From positions 4,712,001 through 4,776,000 of the forward strand of contig CP158635.1 in assembly GCA_050273025.1 (NCBI GenBank): a stretch of DNA of 64,000 nt. Direction: 5' to 3'. This stretch comes from Cenococcum geophilum (taxonomy: Eukaryota). The notes under the pieces were generated by a model, which saw only the letters and a program-made list of their open reading frames with translations, was not told where the DNA came from and searched no databases. This document shows positions 26,601 through 40,450 of the stretch, in pieces. A program made the position numbers and the translations under genes. Within the stretch, counting starts at the first letter, position 1. Each line of letters starts with the position of its first letter.

Positions 26601-28166
26601 TAGATCTTACTATATTTTAAACTTAATACGGATTATATAAATATAAAGTACTCCCTTTTAGACTAACGGACCGGCTATATACTAACGATATATAAATAAT
26701 GTACTCTTTAACTACCTTAACAACTTCTATACGGCCTACCTGGATAATATTATAATTTACTTTAAAAATGAGTTAGAATATAAGGAGCACGTCTGTAAGG
26801 TCCTATAACGGCTCCATAAGGCCGGCCTCTAGGCCGATATTAAGAAGTTAGAGTTTAGTATAAAGCGTATAAAGTACCTAGGGTTTATTATTAGTATAGA
26901 TGGAATTAAGGTAGACCCGGAAAAGACGGCTGTAATTAATTAGTAGGAACTACTACGGACTATAAAAGGGATATAGTTATTCCTAGGCTTCTATAACTTC
27001 TACCAACGCTTTATTAAGAACTATAGTAGAATTACTTAGCCCCTTAGCCGCCTTACTATAAAGGACTAGCCTTTCTACTTTAATACCGTATATAGGTAGG
27101 CTTTTAATAAGCTTAAGAAATGGCTAGTCTCCGCTCCCTTACTTACCTACTTTAACCTAGAACGGCCCTTAATGCTAGAAACTAATACCTTAGATAGTGT
27201 TATTACTGGCGTTCATTCCTAGAAGCAGACGGATAGAGAGTAGTACCCTATTTCTTACTACTTAAAGACTATAATAGATGCTAAGCTAAACTACCTAATT
27301 CATAATAAAGAAATGTTGGCTATTATCTCTAGCTTTTAGTACTGGCGAGTATAGCTAAAAGGGACCCCTAAACCTATCTAAGTATTTTTAGATTATAAGG
27401 CCTTAGAATATTTTATAACAACGAAAGCCCTTATAGCCTAGTAGGCGCGTTAGGTAGACGTCCTATCTTAGTTTAACTTTCTAATTATATATAGGCTAGG
27501 CGCTACTAACTATGCGGACGCTTTTATAAGGCGTAAACAGGACCTAAATAACTAGATAGCCGCGAAGATCTTATTATAGACCTAGACACTACTATAACTA
27601 GAGTACCTTAACCCTTAGATATGGGAAGAACTAAGTATGGACCCTATAGGCGCTAAGATATATCCTATTAACCCTATAGAACTTAACCTTATTAATAAAC
27701 TACTATAAGCGAACCGTACGGACCCTTCTCTATAGGAGTACCGCGAAAAGGCAAAGGATATTACTAGCCTATAGTAGTAGAGGAACAGAACTTACGGACC
27801 CGGCTTATTGCTAAAGCATATACCTAGGTCTCTACAGCCTACCCTAGAAAAAATAAGACCCGTAAGATTATTAGTGACTAATACTACTAGCCCGGAATAG
27901 TTATAGATATTAACCGCTACGTATGGAACTGCGATGACTACCATAAGTCTATAATTCTACAAGATAAGACCTTAGGACTATTAAAGCCACTTCCAATACT
28001 AGAACGCCCCTAGTAGTATATCTCTATAGACTTTTATAAACTACTAGTAGACCGTAACAGGTACGATATAGTTATAGTCCTAGTTAACCGTTTTGGCAAA
28101 CGCCCGTTCTTAATTCCCTATTATAAGAATATTAATACTAAGGAGGCGGCCTAACTATATATCTAC
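23642..28166 (+). mobile_element. Ty3/Gypsy retrotransposon G2, 3'-truncated within integrase
   Basis: Starts TGTTACGG (LTR to ~23850). Gag with CxxCxxxGHxxxxC knuckle (~25025-25070), protease (~25280), RT (GLRFCIDY ~26430; YLD[D] ~26737), RNase H (~27175), integrase (PLPIPERPW ~27985), ending abruptly at ~28166. Confidence 0.88.
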
Positions 28167-31100
28167 CTCTGTCTAGTCTAAGAAAAAAAAACTAAGGGCC
28201 TAATATTATATTTATATTATACTAACTATCTCACGCACTATGCTATATTTTATATACCTAATATTTCCAATATAGTGTTAATATGTATACGGTTATATAT
28301 ATTATGCTAGCTTGGCTAGATATGCTAGATAACTTAACCTAAGTAAGTAGGGCTTAAAATTAAAGAGCCCCTTTATAATTTTTACTTTTCTTCTCTCTCT
28401 TATTAATAATTTATATTAGTACTCTTTCTATAGGCCATTAAATATATCTTTAATACTAATATATTAAACTAATACTATTCTCTACTATAGCTAAATCATC
28501 TAATATATAGGTTATTGCAGCGTCTAGTAGCTAGGTGCGACTTATATCCGCTTTATAATAGTGGTATATAGCTAATAAGGTAGAGCCTATAGTCTTAGTA
28601 AGACTTATATATGTCTAAGGACAAATCTAATAGTAATAAGATTCCACTGCACCCCTATCGCCCTTAAGATACTCGTTGCCGTAGGACTAATATAACTTAA
28701 TATAAGCTTAAATCTGCCACCTATTCTAAGTTATTGGTTTAGAAAACAGTAAGGCCTATATACCTAGCATATAGATTAACTATTTACCTATATATATAGG
28801 GTTATTATAACATATTGCCTAATAAACGCCATTATTAACTAAGTACTACTAAGGACGGAAGTACTAACGGTATAAAATAATTGAGATATAAACCAAAACT
28901 ACTCTAGCAGGGAGTATAACGGTAGGCTGAGTTTAACTCTATACTCGCATATACACCTATACTAGCCCACGCTAGGCTGCTTATATTGGCTATAGTTATA
29001 ATAGGCCACTTTAATTCTTCCTATAGACTCTCTCTATAGCTAAAAAGACAAAAGTTGGGCGTTAACGCACTAATTATTAATACTTGGCGAAAGGCTAGTT
29101 TAAATAATTGGGGGCGTATATTTAATAATGTTTGGCCTTTACCTAAACCAAAAGAAGCTTATAGGGCAAGTCTCTAAAATCTATACCTCCTACTAGTAAT
29201 ATTTAAAGTACTACTAATACAGTATATATCGCAAAACTATAGTTATTTAACTATATCGGCGACTTTAGATTATATATTCTAAGTAATGTTTATATAGTCG
29301 TATATATATATTATCTGTTCCTTAATACACTAAATACCTAAGCTCTAGTCTTTTAACTACTTAAAGATAATATATTTATATGCGTATATCTAAAGCTTAT
29401 AAGCCCTACTATATACTCTTAAAGTTTACCTACTAATAATAGAAGGGGAAATAATGATTTATAGCACCCGTGATTATTAAGTATATTACTTAATACTTTT
29501 TTAACCCAAACTTAAAAGGCCTAGCTTTACATCCCTAGACATTTAAGTATTTTTACCCACTTTTGGCTTATACTGTTATACTAATTACTACTTATATTTA
29601 ATATATACTTACTAAATATAAAGAGGGACGTCCGTGGTAAATAGTTAAAGTAGATATAATAGGAGAACTAAACGGTATAAGTAATACTCTAATCTACCTA
29701 TATATTATAAGATATTAATTTATAAAGTAACGTATTATTAAATCTGGAAGATATAGGACGCGTAAGCTTTTAATAGAAAAGTTAAACTACTATAGGTAAT
29801 AGCTAGTCTTATTTAGAAGCAGATATACAAGACTAGCAACCTAGTTAAAAATATATATATAGTATATAATCTATACGCAGATAATACCAATAATCTAGAT
29901 AAGCTTAAGCTATATATAACCTAGTACGAGTTTAAGTTCTTAGTAATAGATGGCTTTCCTATCTCTAGTAACGATAACTTAGGGCCTACTAGTTCTTCCT
30001 CTTTTACTTATATAGATAAGGTAACGCTAGTAAGAAGTAAAGATTTAGTTTTAGATTAAAGAGTAAGTAAAAGCGTATTTTTAATTATTATATTAATAAC
30101 TTAACTAGGGCACTTTACGCTTAACCCTAATCTCTTCGCCGCTAACAACTATAGATAGCCCGCCTATTTAAAACTATAAGGCTTCTCGCTTTAGGGTTGC
30201 TTAGTACTATAACTTAGATAATAAACCGTATATACTTAATATACTATATATAATAACACCAGATAGACTGCGAAACTTACTAGGTGTTAAAGAAGAAGAT
30301 TTTCTTTAGTATACTCTTAGAATAAGGGAAAAGCTACTAGATAATAGTAGATTTAACGTATTTTTAGAGTCTATATAGTAAAAGGGAAATAGCAATATTA
30401 AAATAAGGCTAGAATTACCTAAAGATGATAACCTAGATGTGTAGTTACTTCCTCTAAGGTATATAGATAATATTTCACTTTCTAAAATATTATAATTATT
30501 ACAGTTATAAAAAATATTGCGATTATTGCAGTTATAGAAAATATTGCGACTATTATAGTTATGGGAAATATTATAACTATTATAGTCGTGGGAAATATTA
30601 TAACTATTGCAGTTATAAGAAATATTGCGACTATTGTAGCTATAGGAAATATTGCAACTAGTGCAATTGCGGGAAACATTATAAATATTGCAACTATTAC
30701 AGTTATAGGAAATATTACAATTATTACAGTCGTGGGAAATATTATAACTATTGCAGTTATGGGAAATATTACAACTATTGCAGTCGTAGGAAATATTGCG
30801 ACTATTGCAGTTATAGGAAATATTGCGACTATTGCAGTCGCGGGAAATATTACGACTATTGTAGTTGCGGGAAATATTACGACTATTGCAGTCGCGGGAA
30901 ATATTATAAATATTGCAGTTATGGGAAATATTGCAACTATTGCAGTTATGGGAAATATTGTAACTATTGTAGTTATAGGAAATATTGCGACTATTACAGT
31001 CGCGGGAAATATTATAAATATTGCAGTCGTGGGAAATATTGTAACTATTGCAGTCGTAGGAAATATTGCGACCATTGCAGTCGCGGGAAATATTATAGGT

Positions 31101-31297
31101 ATTGCAGTCGTAGGAAATATTACAATTATTATAGTTATAGGAAATATTATAATTTTAAGATATAAGGTTGCTAAAGTGGCCCTAGGCTAGCGTAAAGAAG
31201 TATATATAAGCAGATTAGCGGATCTAGCTAAAATGACCCCAGGCTAGCCCTAGGCTAGCCCCTAGCTAGCCCTAACTACTCTCCCGTTTTCCTAACG
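28167..31297 (+). mobile_element. Right-hand remnant of a CMC-like DNA transposon (Y) with a degenerate ORF (~28490-30480) and a subterminal tandem array
   Basis: Ends ...TTTTCCTAACG at 31297, resembling X's right terminus ...TTTTCCCAATG; Copia sequence starts at 31298. A 27-bp array precedes the end. The relic ORF has a PSNVHxxxH-like motif (~29280) weakly reminiscent of CMC transposases. No left TIR found. Confidence 0.5.
30484..31160. repeat. 27-bp minisatellite (consensus GGGAAATATTGCGACTATTGCAGTCGC), roughly 25 copies
   Basis: Directly visible periodicity; explains the stop-free ORFs 30482-31075 and 30561-31190. Confidence 0.95.
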
Positions 31298-32199
31298 CTA
31301 AGTATAGTAAGGTAGATAGTATATAAACCGTCGCTATTCTTAATAACTAATCTACGCTCCATTCTATTACGAAGTTAGATATCTTTAATAAGCTAAGGGA
31401 GAGCTCCGCGTTCTCCTTTAACAATAAATACTCGGCAAACGTCTTCTATAGTATTATGCTAGATATAGGAGCTATAAAAGTATCTATAGCAGAAAAACCT
31501 TAAGTTTAAGCTCTTTAATAACTTAATACTTCTATCTAGATTAACTAATTAACGGCAGGCTAATATATATATCGGCAAAATATAGTACCCTACCAATGGC
31601 CTCAATGGTTAGTGGTTAACGCAATTGGCGCGTAGTTAAGGGCATTTAGCAACTCGACCGACTAGCCTATGTCGTGTTTTTTTAATACGCAGCCTGCGCG
31701 CAGCCTGCGCGTAACCTACGCGCAACCTACGCGCAACCTACACGCAACTTGTAACTATAATTGTATTTAGAGCTATCTACCTCTTTTATACTAATAGTAT
31801 ATTTTAGATAATAAACAAAGGCTACTTTAAAGCTATTTATAAGGCTAGCAAGGCAAATTATATACACTTCTTTATATAATCCATTATATTATTTTAGACA
31901 ATTTAATATAATATCCCAACTATTTTATAATATATTCTAAAAGCATAAGACCTTTCCTGCTCTCCCTACGACAATAATATACTATAAGTATTTAGCTTTG
32001 CTAGTATAGTATATATATATAGCCAAAAAGTAGCTACTAAGAGTAGCAGATATAGGCCGAAAGAAAGGTAGATTAAGAGCTAGTATATATAATAAAGAAG
32101 CCGCAGTTATCCTATAGAAGAGTATGGAAAGTCCTATACCTAATCTCCTACTAAAAACTCTACCGGCTCCTCTATATTAGAGTCCAGAGTATATATTAT

Positions 32200-33870
32200 A
32201 AACTTTATATACTACTCCTTATTCTTAATTAAATTTAATATTACTTTTCCGTTACTATACTAGCCATAGCTGTCTTCTATAAGGCTATAATACTGCTTAA
32301 ATTATATAAATAACTTATTAGATTTAAACCTTTCTGGCCTAGGCTTGCTGGTTCCTATATTTAGGATAAAGTAGTATACTAGGGCGGAGGATATATATTC
32401 TACTAAATTTAACGAACTTAGCTAGTTCTAAAAGTTAAATTAGCAAATATTATAGTAGTAGTAGGGCCCTAGATTTTCTAGCTTACTCTAGGGCTTTCCC
32501 TTTAAGATAGACTTAGTGGACTAGTCTAGCCTACTTTAGAGCTCTCTATTTAGGATAGACTTAGTAAACTAGTCTAGCCTACTCTAGAGCTCTCCCTTTA
32601 AGATAGACTTAGTAGATTAAATAGTATAGCCTAGCTTACCAATAAATAGCCTAAGTTAATAATCGCGTCAGTTTTGTTGTTGTTAAGGCTTATAAGGAAC
32701 CTCTCTCTTACATTATTACTTAGATCCGCTATAAGGTTATTAAGGTCATCTTTATATAGGTCCTTAATAATTTCTATAGTTAATTAATCCGGTATTAGGC
32801 CCGTAGCATATTTAATAACTACGGGCTAAAGCCGCAGCTAGATTTTAGATTGCCATTTTCTAGATATCTGGTTCTAGCTGCCTAAGAGGTTAGCATAGGC
32901 TTCTATAATGGGTTAGAGAATAATAATAGGTAGTAAAACACCGGATATATACTAACCGCTAATAATAGTGCTATAAAAGTTATCTATTTCCTTAAACCTA
33001 GTTCTATACTCCCTAATTATATAATATATTACTATTAAAATAAAAGTAATAATATTACCGGTAAGCTTTTTAAATATATTATAAGAGTAGGGTAATTAGG
33101 TAAGGCTGTTTCTTCCTCTACCGTAAAATATACTAGCTATGCTAGCAACTATTGCGTTAGAACGGAAGCGGTTATTACTTGGCTATTAACTCTTATTAGC
33201 ATTTTATTAAATAGCACAGGCAAAATACCTTTATATAATCTAGCGCAATAAAATTATAATTAGTTAGTAGTTCCACGATTAGTTTAGGCACGTTGTTAAA
33301 CCCTAGCCTATATACCTCCCTTACAACTATACAAGCCTTTATAATTGTGTAGTTCCTAAAGTTCCCTATTACGTTAAATAGCTATATATAATATTAAGAT
33401 TATTAGTAAATAATTTAATATAATATTTTTAGTATATAGATACCTTATAAGCGGATACCGGGTTAGGAATATAATTAGCTTTTTTTTATACTGCTTTTAG
33501 CTGCTTTAAAATAGCTTCTAACTATGCCTTTTTTATTATATCCTTAATAAGGCCTAGAAAGCGGTCGAACTATAGGTTAATAAGATACCCGTTATAAGTC
33601 CTAGAGTTAGTTACTAGCCTTACTAGTAAAATGGACCTATAAAGCGCAAATATGGGCTTATATCTCTTAGGTAGGTTTTCTTTTATACATCGCCATTATA
33701 ATGTCTAGAGGTACTCTTTTCTTGCCTATATTGCGGTAGTTAGGTTAAAATCGTTATAGTCTAACTCGTCCTTACTTTCCCTAGTACTATTTAGGTCCCC
33801 TTTAGATTAAACACTAGATTAGTATACTCTATATTAGAGGGAGGTTACTTATTTTATGGACGAAGCTATA
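32200..33870 (-). pseudogene. RIP-degraded ORF of unknown function in X (cargo 1)
   Basis: Long minus-strand frame starting MASSM-like at ~33870 with stops mostly RIP-type; acidic N-terminal stretch; 48-bp tandem repeat (x3) at ~32480-32620. No family recognised; boundaries approximate. Confidence 0.35.
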
Positions 33871-34199
33871 TTAGGGTTTAGGTAAATACGGCTTACTAGA
33901 GAGAATATAAAGCTAAATATTGGTTATTTACGCAATAAGGTTTAGATTAGGCGCGTAGGAGAGTATTTTAAACTAGTATGCAATTGTTTATGCGGTAAGG
34001 TACGGATTGGGCGCGTAGGAGAGTATTTTAAACTAATACGCAATCGTTAAGAGCCGGAGGTATATTGCGAAGATGCTGCTTTTTATAGCGGTGGGCGGTT
34101 AGATAGTAAAGAGAGTGTTTTATTTACTAGGGCTCGCCAAGTGCTAAATAGTAGAGGAGACTATTAAGTATTGCAGTTAGACTCTGGTTATGTATAAAG

Positions 34200-36760
34200 G
34201 TATAACCTACCTTAACTAAAAGATTGGGACTTCGCGTTTTTAACTAAGCTGGTTCTGCTGCTAAATCATTAACAGATTTAGTAGATTTATTAATATTTAG
34301 TTGCTATTATTTCGTAGAAGAAGCAGGTGTAGACTTGCAGTCACTATCCTTATTATTAGAGATTACCCTTTTTAGCCGGAGGCGGCTATATATATTCTAT
34401 ATATTGTTAGCTAGCTTAATATATTATATATAACGTTAATAGGGTCTATTGCATGCCTACTCCTTTTTATACCTAAATATAACTAGACCAGAGTCGCTAT
34501 TTTTATTATTAAATATTACCCTTTTAAGCCAGAGGCGGCCATATATATTCTATATATTGTTAGCCAGCTTAATATATTATATTTAACATTAACGGGGTCT
34601 ATTACGTGCCTACTCTTTTCCACGCCTAGATATAACTAGACTAGAGTTATAATATTGCTTATTCTAGCTGGGTTCCACGTGCTCGTTTTAGCTAGGTTCT
34701 ATATACTCGTCCTAGCTAGGTTCTATATACTTATTCTCTATTAGCGCGTTCTTCTTTCTGTTAGCTAGGACATAGGCAACTCCTAGCAGTAGGCTAGGTA
34801 AAGACGTAAGGTTAATTATACTAGTTGTCCTTATTTCCTTATCCTACGTTAACTTAAAGTAGGGTTCTTGCTACTAGTTTAAGTATTCAATAACGCGTTT
34901 TTATGTTTACCTACTATAGTAACACTCCTATATTTGCCTAGTTAGTAGAAGGTATAGCTTATAGCTAGAATAGGTTACCTTATAGCTGTTTCTATAATGT
35001 TTAGGGCGTATATAGATTAACAACCTAAAAGAATATATACTAGTATAGTATATATTGGACTAATGGTAGTATTAGTAGGAGTATTATTGCTATAGTGCTT
35101 GCAAATAACTTAAATAGGGGTGCATTTATTATAATTAGCTGCTAGTTCTAACCGGTTACGGTTAAGCCATAACCGTAACTTATTAACTCGCGTTAAGTTA
35201 ATAGTTAAGAAAACATTATTATATAGTTAAAGATTATCTAATACTATTTGCTATTATACGCGAAACTGTTTTATTTTATTAGTATATCCCTTAGTAGATA
35301 CGGTATGCGTGTATAAAAGGTTAAACGTTAATCCTAGCAACAAAAGCAGTAGGCTAGTAAGGCTTGTGTTTGAATTTAACAGGGAGGTACCTTATTAAAC
35401 CACTTTACCTACCTAGGGCGCTGGCTTTTAGATCCTGTACCTTATTCCAGTCTACCTATACTAGGTTTAATACCCGTCTCACACTTAAAGCAAAGCTTAT
35501 CCACCTTATCTATATAGCTCGCCAGTGTAGATAATGCTAGGGTAGGTATAGGCGGCATATAGGACAGTAATTACACTTTTACACAGTTATATCGCTATAT
35601 TCTACACCCTTATATAACACCTAGTATTTCTACTATAAATATCCAACGTTATTCTTCCACGTCGTTAACCCCGCCAGCCTATAGTAAGCCCAACCTATCC
35701 CCTATACATATATCGCAACAGCAATTAAATTTAGTAGAATAGTAAGGAAAGCGTAAGTATAGATATAAGGATTGGGTGTCAGATACTAAGAGCGAGCCGG
35801 GAATAGTATTAATATATATTACCCCAACAAGTTTACTAAAAAGAATGGGTATAAACCTTAGGCTTTATTGTCTAATCCCCTTAGGCGTTTTAAGAATGCC
35901 GGATAAGTTATAAGAATATCTTAGGTTATATTATTCTAAGACTCCCTCACCTAATAGTACACTAAGGGGCTCTATTAAGCCGTTTACCTTTATATATAGT
36001 AATCTATTAAACTAGTAAGTATTCCGGATAAAGTAGTGGCTTTAAGGCGCATAATCCATGCTGCGGTTATAGTTGCCTTCGCCTTTTTTATTACGGGTTA
36101 AGGCGTAGAGTAAGGGCTCTTTTTTAACTAGGAGAGGTTTTTTGGGATAGCTATAGGTTAAGTATCGCCTTAGTATTAACCTGTTTACTAGTTCTACCTA
36201 TTCTTATATATATAGAGTGCGAGTTATCTAGTAAAGGCAAGGGTACGGAAATAGAGGGTAAGTAATTGTATTATTCTTGGCTGGCAGCGCAGACTGTAAA
36301 TACGAGTTAGTAATACTAGCTTAACTTTAAGTAGTAACCTACTTATTCTTCTTTATTCTATTATAAATAAAAACCTATCTATTTCTTATAGAAATATATC
36401 CTTAACTATACTGCGCTATTTCTCTTTATTTATAAGCTGAATTCGTCCTCTAGCTATCTTATTGCTAATATAGTAGCAAAGCGTTTCGCTTTTAAGGTTA
36501 AAGTTAATATCCTAGCCTAGTATGTCTATAAATGTATTAAAGCTTAGATTATTAACGTATATATCTAGAGCATTATTCTTACTAGTCGCTAGCTTTTAGG
36601 TTAGGATAATTATTAACTCTTCGTTAGCTGCCCGCCGGATTAGTATTATTATTATTCTATATAACCTTAATATTCCCTCCTGCCTTATTGCCTTTAGTAT
36701 GCCGGCCGGTAGATAATACGCGATGGCGGAGTGTGGGAGTACTAGGTTGCCTATTATAAT
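34200..36760 (-). pseudogene. RIP-degraded ORF of unknown function in X (cargo 2) with a Cys/His-rich central region
   Basis: Minus-strand frame MGNLVLPHSAIAYY... through DLSFxTFxDILGxDIxF, then CxKCxYCPIC (~35550-35590) and CTPIxVICKH (~35095-35125). A 153-bp tandem duplication at ~34351-34650. Boundaries approximate. Confidence 0.4.
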
Positions 36761-37399
36761 TTGCCTAGTAGGAGCCGTTTTGTTTATTTAACGCGTCGCG
36801 TTATGGCTATAGCGCTAGGCAAGCTATTTAATATATTTAGTATGTAGGTTTTTAGGTAAACCTAGAAACACAGATAGGAATTCATTAGAGATTTTATTTA
36901 ATATTTGCCGTATTTATACCTTACTTATAAGGGAGCGTAGTAGCTATTTAAGGAGCCCGCGCGTCGACATTTTAATTTTAACATCATAGTAGATCGTATT
37001 GTATTATTCGTTTATAAGCCCTAGATCTCGCTTAAGAGTGTCTTTAGTATTATAGCTTAGGTCTATTATTAGTGCTATAATTCTAGAAGCGTTAGGGGAG
37101 GTATAGTAGGAAAGACGTCTTAATTACGCGCTAAGACCGATGTATAGAATTATATAGATAGGTATATTGTTTAGTTATTATATAAAACAATTGGTTAAAT
37201 GTCTTATAAGAAATAAATAAGCGTATTAGCAAACACTTCTTCACCCGCTACACCACCCAGACTTATAACCTCCTATCCCTTTTACATCTCCGTCTATAAG
37301 CTTAATTCAGCACCCAGATTTGTTAATACTTTTTTTTTATATATTTTTTATATATTCATTATATTATACTATATATAATAATGCGCATACAGCCTCTAG

Positions 37400-38600
37400 G
37401 CTATAGTGCTATAGTTCTATATACATAAATCCTTTCTAGGCAGCTTAATATATACTAGTAACTATATTTACCAATACTTTAAGACGCCTAGTCAGTCCAT
37501 AACTAGTAAAGCCTAGTTAGCACAATTAGAGGTCCCAACCTCCACTAAAATACTTAATATCCCTAATAAGGGCTAGAATATCATTAGCGAAAATAAAGAT
37601 ATTCTACTGTAAGTTAATAAGATCTTAGGTCTATATAGCTCGATAAAGGAGTATCTAAGCTCTTAATACAATCTTTTAAGAGAAGATATAATTAAACCGT
37701 TAAGAGAGGTAGTAGGTTAAATTAGAGCAGACCCTTTTTAGTTTACTAGAATCTAGATATAGTAATAGAGTCAGTATATATAAATAGGTAAGCATGCTAT
37801 AATTCTAAAGCAGTCATCCCCTAATATCTGCAAGGTCTATACTAACTCAGTAATATTTTCACCTTAAGGGCTAGTAATCTGCGTGGCGTTCTCACTTAGG
37901 AGAGTAAGGAAGATAATCTATTAGAATTAGTTAAAAAGACTAATCGCCGGGTCTCTAGTTGCTTTAACTCCTAAGATTAATAATTTTCAAACAAAATATA
38001 TACTTATAATAGTGGCGGCAAGACTATTAGCCGTATTAGAACAGAATCCCCTAGAGGTTAACTTATTCTTTAAGACCTAAAGATATTAAGATTGACTTAT
38101 CCGTATTATAGACAATAGTTAAGGAACAAACTAGATTTTACGAAGTTAGTTACTATACTATATTGGCATTATAAAAGCTAATAAGAGAGCCGTAAGTGTG
38201 TAATGTTTTTTAAATAAGAAGATATCTAACCACCAATAGATTCCCGTTATTAGAATACCTTGTTTAAGTTTAATAAAATATTAAAGCACTATAATATGTT
38301 ATAAATAAGCCTTATACGGATCTTAGTTTAATTATAGCTATTAAGGATACTTCCTTATTTAAGAATATTTACATTCTTAAAGACTGGTTAGATATAACTA
38401 CTATAGGGCTTAATAAATCTCAAGCCACTATACTAAAACGAGTTCTTATAAAGCGTCTTGCAATAATCTAAAGACCTCTAGGCACTAGAAAAACGTAGCT
38501 TTAAAGGCATTACTCAGCAATATAACAATAGGAGATCCCCCTGTTATTGTTATATGTTATATAAACCATACACTAGACTAGTTCTTTAGGTATATTGCTT
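37400..38600 (+). pseudogene. Intron-containing 5' fragment of an Hrr1/SAD-3/ZNFX1-family SF1 (UPF1-like) RNA helicase, RIP-mutated
   Basis: YNLLREDxIxPLREVV (~37670-37715); VAFSLRRV..W..SKRLIAGSLVALTP (~37885-37972); AARxLxxLEQNPxEVxLF; EP|FPLSEHLV across intron 38192-38239; a second intron at 37788-37834; Walker A LAIIQGPPGTGKT (~38457-38496, RIP-reverted); motif Ia DPPVIVxCYTNHALDQF (~38533-38585). Ends before motif II. Confidence 0.85.
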
Positions 38601-38769
38601 AAAGTAATATATACTTTATAAAATTTCCTAGTACTTCTAACCGTCTTAATACTATCGCTTATACGGATAGACGATATTACACTATATTAGGCGCCAGGGC
38701 CGTAGAAGTAGGAAGAAGAGAAAGCGTTAGGGCTCCCTCTTTTTATATCTTATATTTTATTTTTTTATA

Positions 38770-39140
38770 TTATCTCATATTGTCCTACCATTGTCCTGCC
38801 ATTGTGTCATATTGTCCTATATTATCCCATATTATCCTACCATTATATTACATTGTCCTGCTATTATATCACATTGTCCTACTATTATATCACATTGTCC
38901 TGCCATTGTGTTACATTGTCCTGCCATTATATTATATTGTCCTGCCATTATATCATATTGTCCTATTATCGCCCTACCATTATATTATATTGTCCTGACA
39001 TTATCCTACTATTGTCCTACTATTGTATCATATTGTCCTGTCATTGTCCTACCATTATGTTATATTATTCTGTTATTATCCTGCCATTATATTATATTAT
39101 CCTATCATTGTCTTATATTGTCCTGCTATTGTCTTAGTAC
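38770..39140. repeat. ~21-bp minisatellite (ATTGTCCTGCCATTATATCAC-like)
   Basis: Visible periodicity; source of spurious ORFs 38780-39210. Confidence 0.9.
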
Positions 39141-40214
39141 TGCTATATACTTTTTACCATTTACTAAGATTATAGTTATAGGTATTTATCGGCCAGGATC
39201 CGGGCAGTAACTCTTGGCAGTAATTTTACTACCTAAATCTCTTATAGATTAATCGATTGGCGTAGAGCCGTTACATTATAGTAAAGCTATATCTAAGCAA
39301 TCTATATCGTAATCCTTGGCATAATATTACACATAGAAATATTTAATCGTTAGATTTAGGAAGGTGTTTATATTTTAATTAAATTTATAAAACTATAACT
39401 AAGGGCCTTTACAGCGCAGTGGTATGGTAAGTTCTATAATCGCTTTAGTTTAGGGTTGCTCAGTCACTATAGGAAAGTCGTAATACTTAGCATAGTGTTA
39501 AACTTAAGGTACCTCGCCACTGTAGTGGTAGAGACATAGCAGATTAACTACTTACTAAAATATAGCGCCCCCGTTGCTGTAGTAGCCACTGCAGTAACAG
39601 AGATACCCCATATTTATAAATTTAGATTCTATATACGGTATAGCTTGCGAATTTAACACGCTTGCCGATCTAGAGGAGCTTTTAGATTAGAAAGTCGCTA
39701 GATTAACCGAATAATCGCGTTAGAATTAGATTTGAGCTTTAGCTTAGATATATTCTACGGCCTTTAAATTTAATCTAAAGTCGCAACCAAATATTCCCTA
39801 AGATTTAATACAGGGATCTCTCCCTAAGGATCTGGTTTGATCGTAAGGTTTAGAAAGGGGTTATAATTTAGTTAAATTTATAAAATCACATTCTAAAGTC
39901 CTTATAGCGTAGTGGTATAGTGCGTTCTACCTCTTACTATAATTTAGAGCTAGCCTAACGTAATTAAAACTCGACGTAGAAGAGCCGATATGCTTAGTAT
40001 ATAGTGCTGAGATTTCGTTAAATATATAACTTTAGGCGTTGCAGGATACGTATAAAAATACGAGCTCAATTTAGAGCCTTACTAACGCCTAATTTAATAG
40101 AAAACGACCTTCTTTTTTAATATTTTTAATATTTTTAATGCGCGATAAGTGGGAATTAAACCTGCCACGCCTGGGAGTTAAATACGCGACGTCCAATTGC
40201 TCAATCTGGCTAGG

Positions 40215-40450
40215 AGGCTCAGCGGCAATATAATAGGGCTCGATGACATAATAAGGCTCAACAGCGATACAATAAGACTCGGCAATATGATGAGACTTAA
40301 TAATATAATGAGGCTCGGCAACGTAATAAGGCTTAGCGATATAATAAGACTTAACAATGCAATAAGGCTCGGCAACGTAATAAAGCTTAGCGGTAATGCA
40401 ATAAAACTTAATAATATAATAAGTCTTAGCAACGTAATAAGGCTCAGGGC
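40215..40450. repeat. 18/21-bp minisatellite (AATAAGGCTCGGCAACGT-like)
   Basis: Visible periodicity; source of spurious ORFs 40089-40460. Confidence 0.9.

Noticed and set aside
30482..31190. ORFs of 197 and 209 aa with GNIATIAVA-type 9-aa repeats (amyloid or beta-solenoid-like); also a CRISPR-like look
   Set aside because: The open frames on both strands arise from a 27-bp stop-free minisatellite next to a transposon end. There are no unique spacers or cas genes, and the context is eukaryotic.
38780..39210. Three overlapping Cys/Tyr/Ile-rich ORFs
   Set aside because: Translations of a 21-bp tandem repeat in all three frames.
40140..40215. Functional tRNA gene on the minus strand
   Set aside because: Only a B-box-like motif is visible; no convincing cloverleaf could be folded, and the sequence is RIP-mutated.
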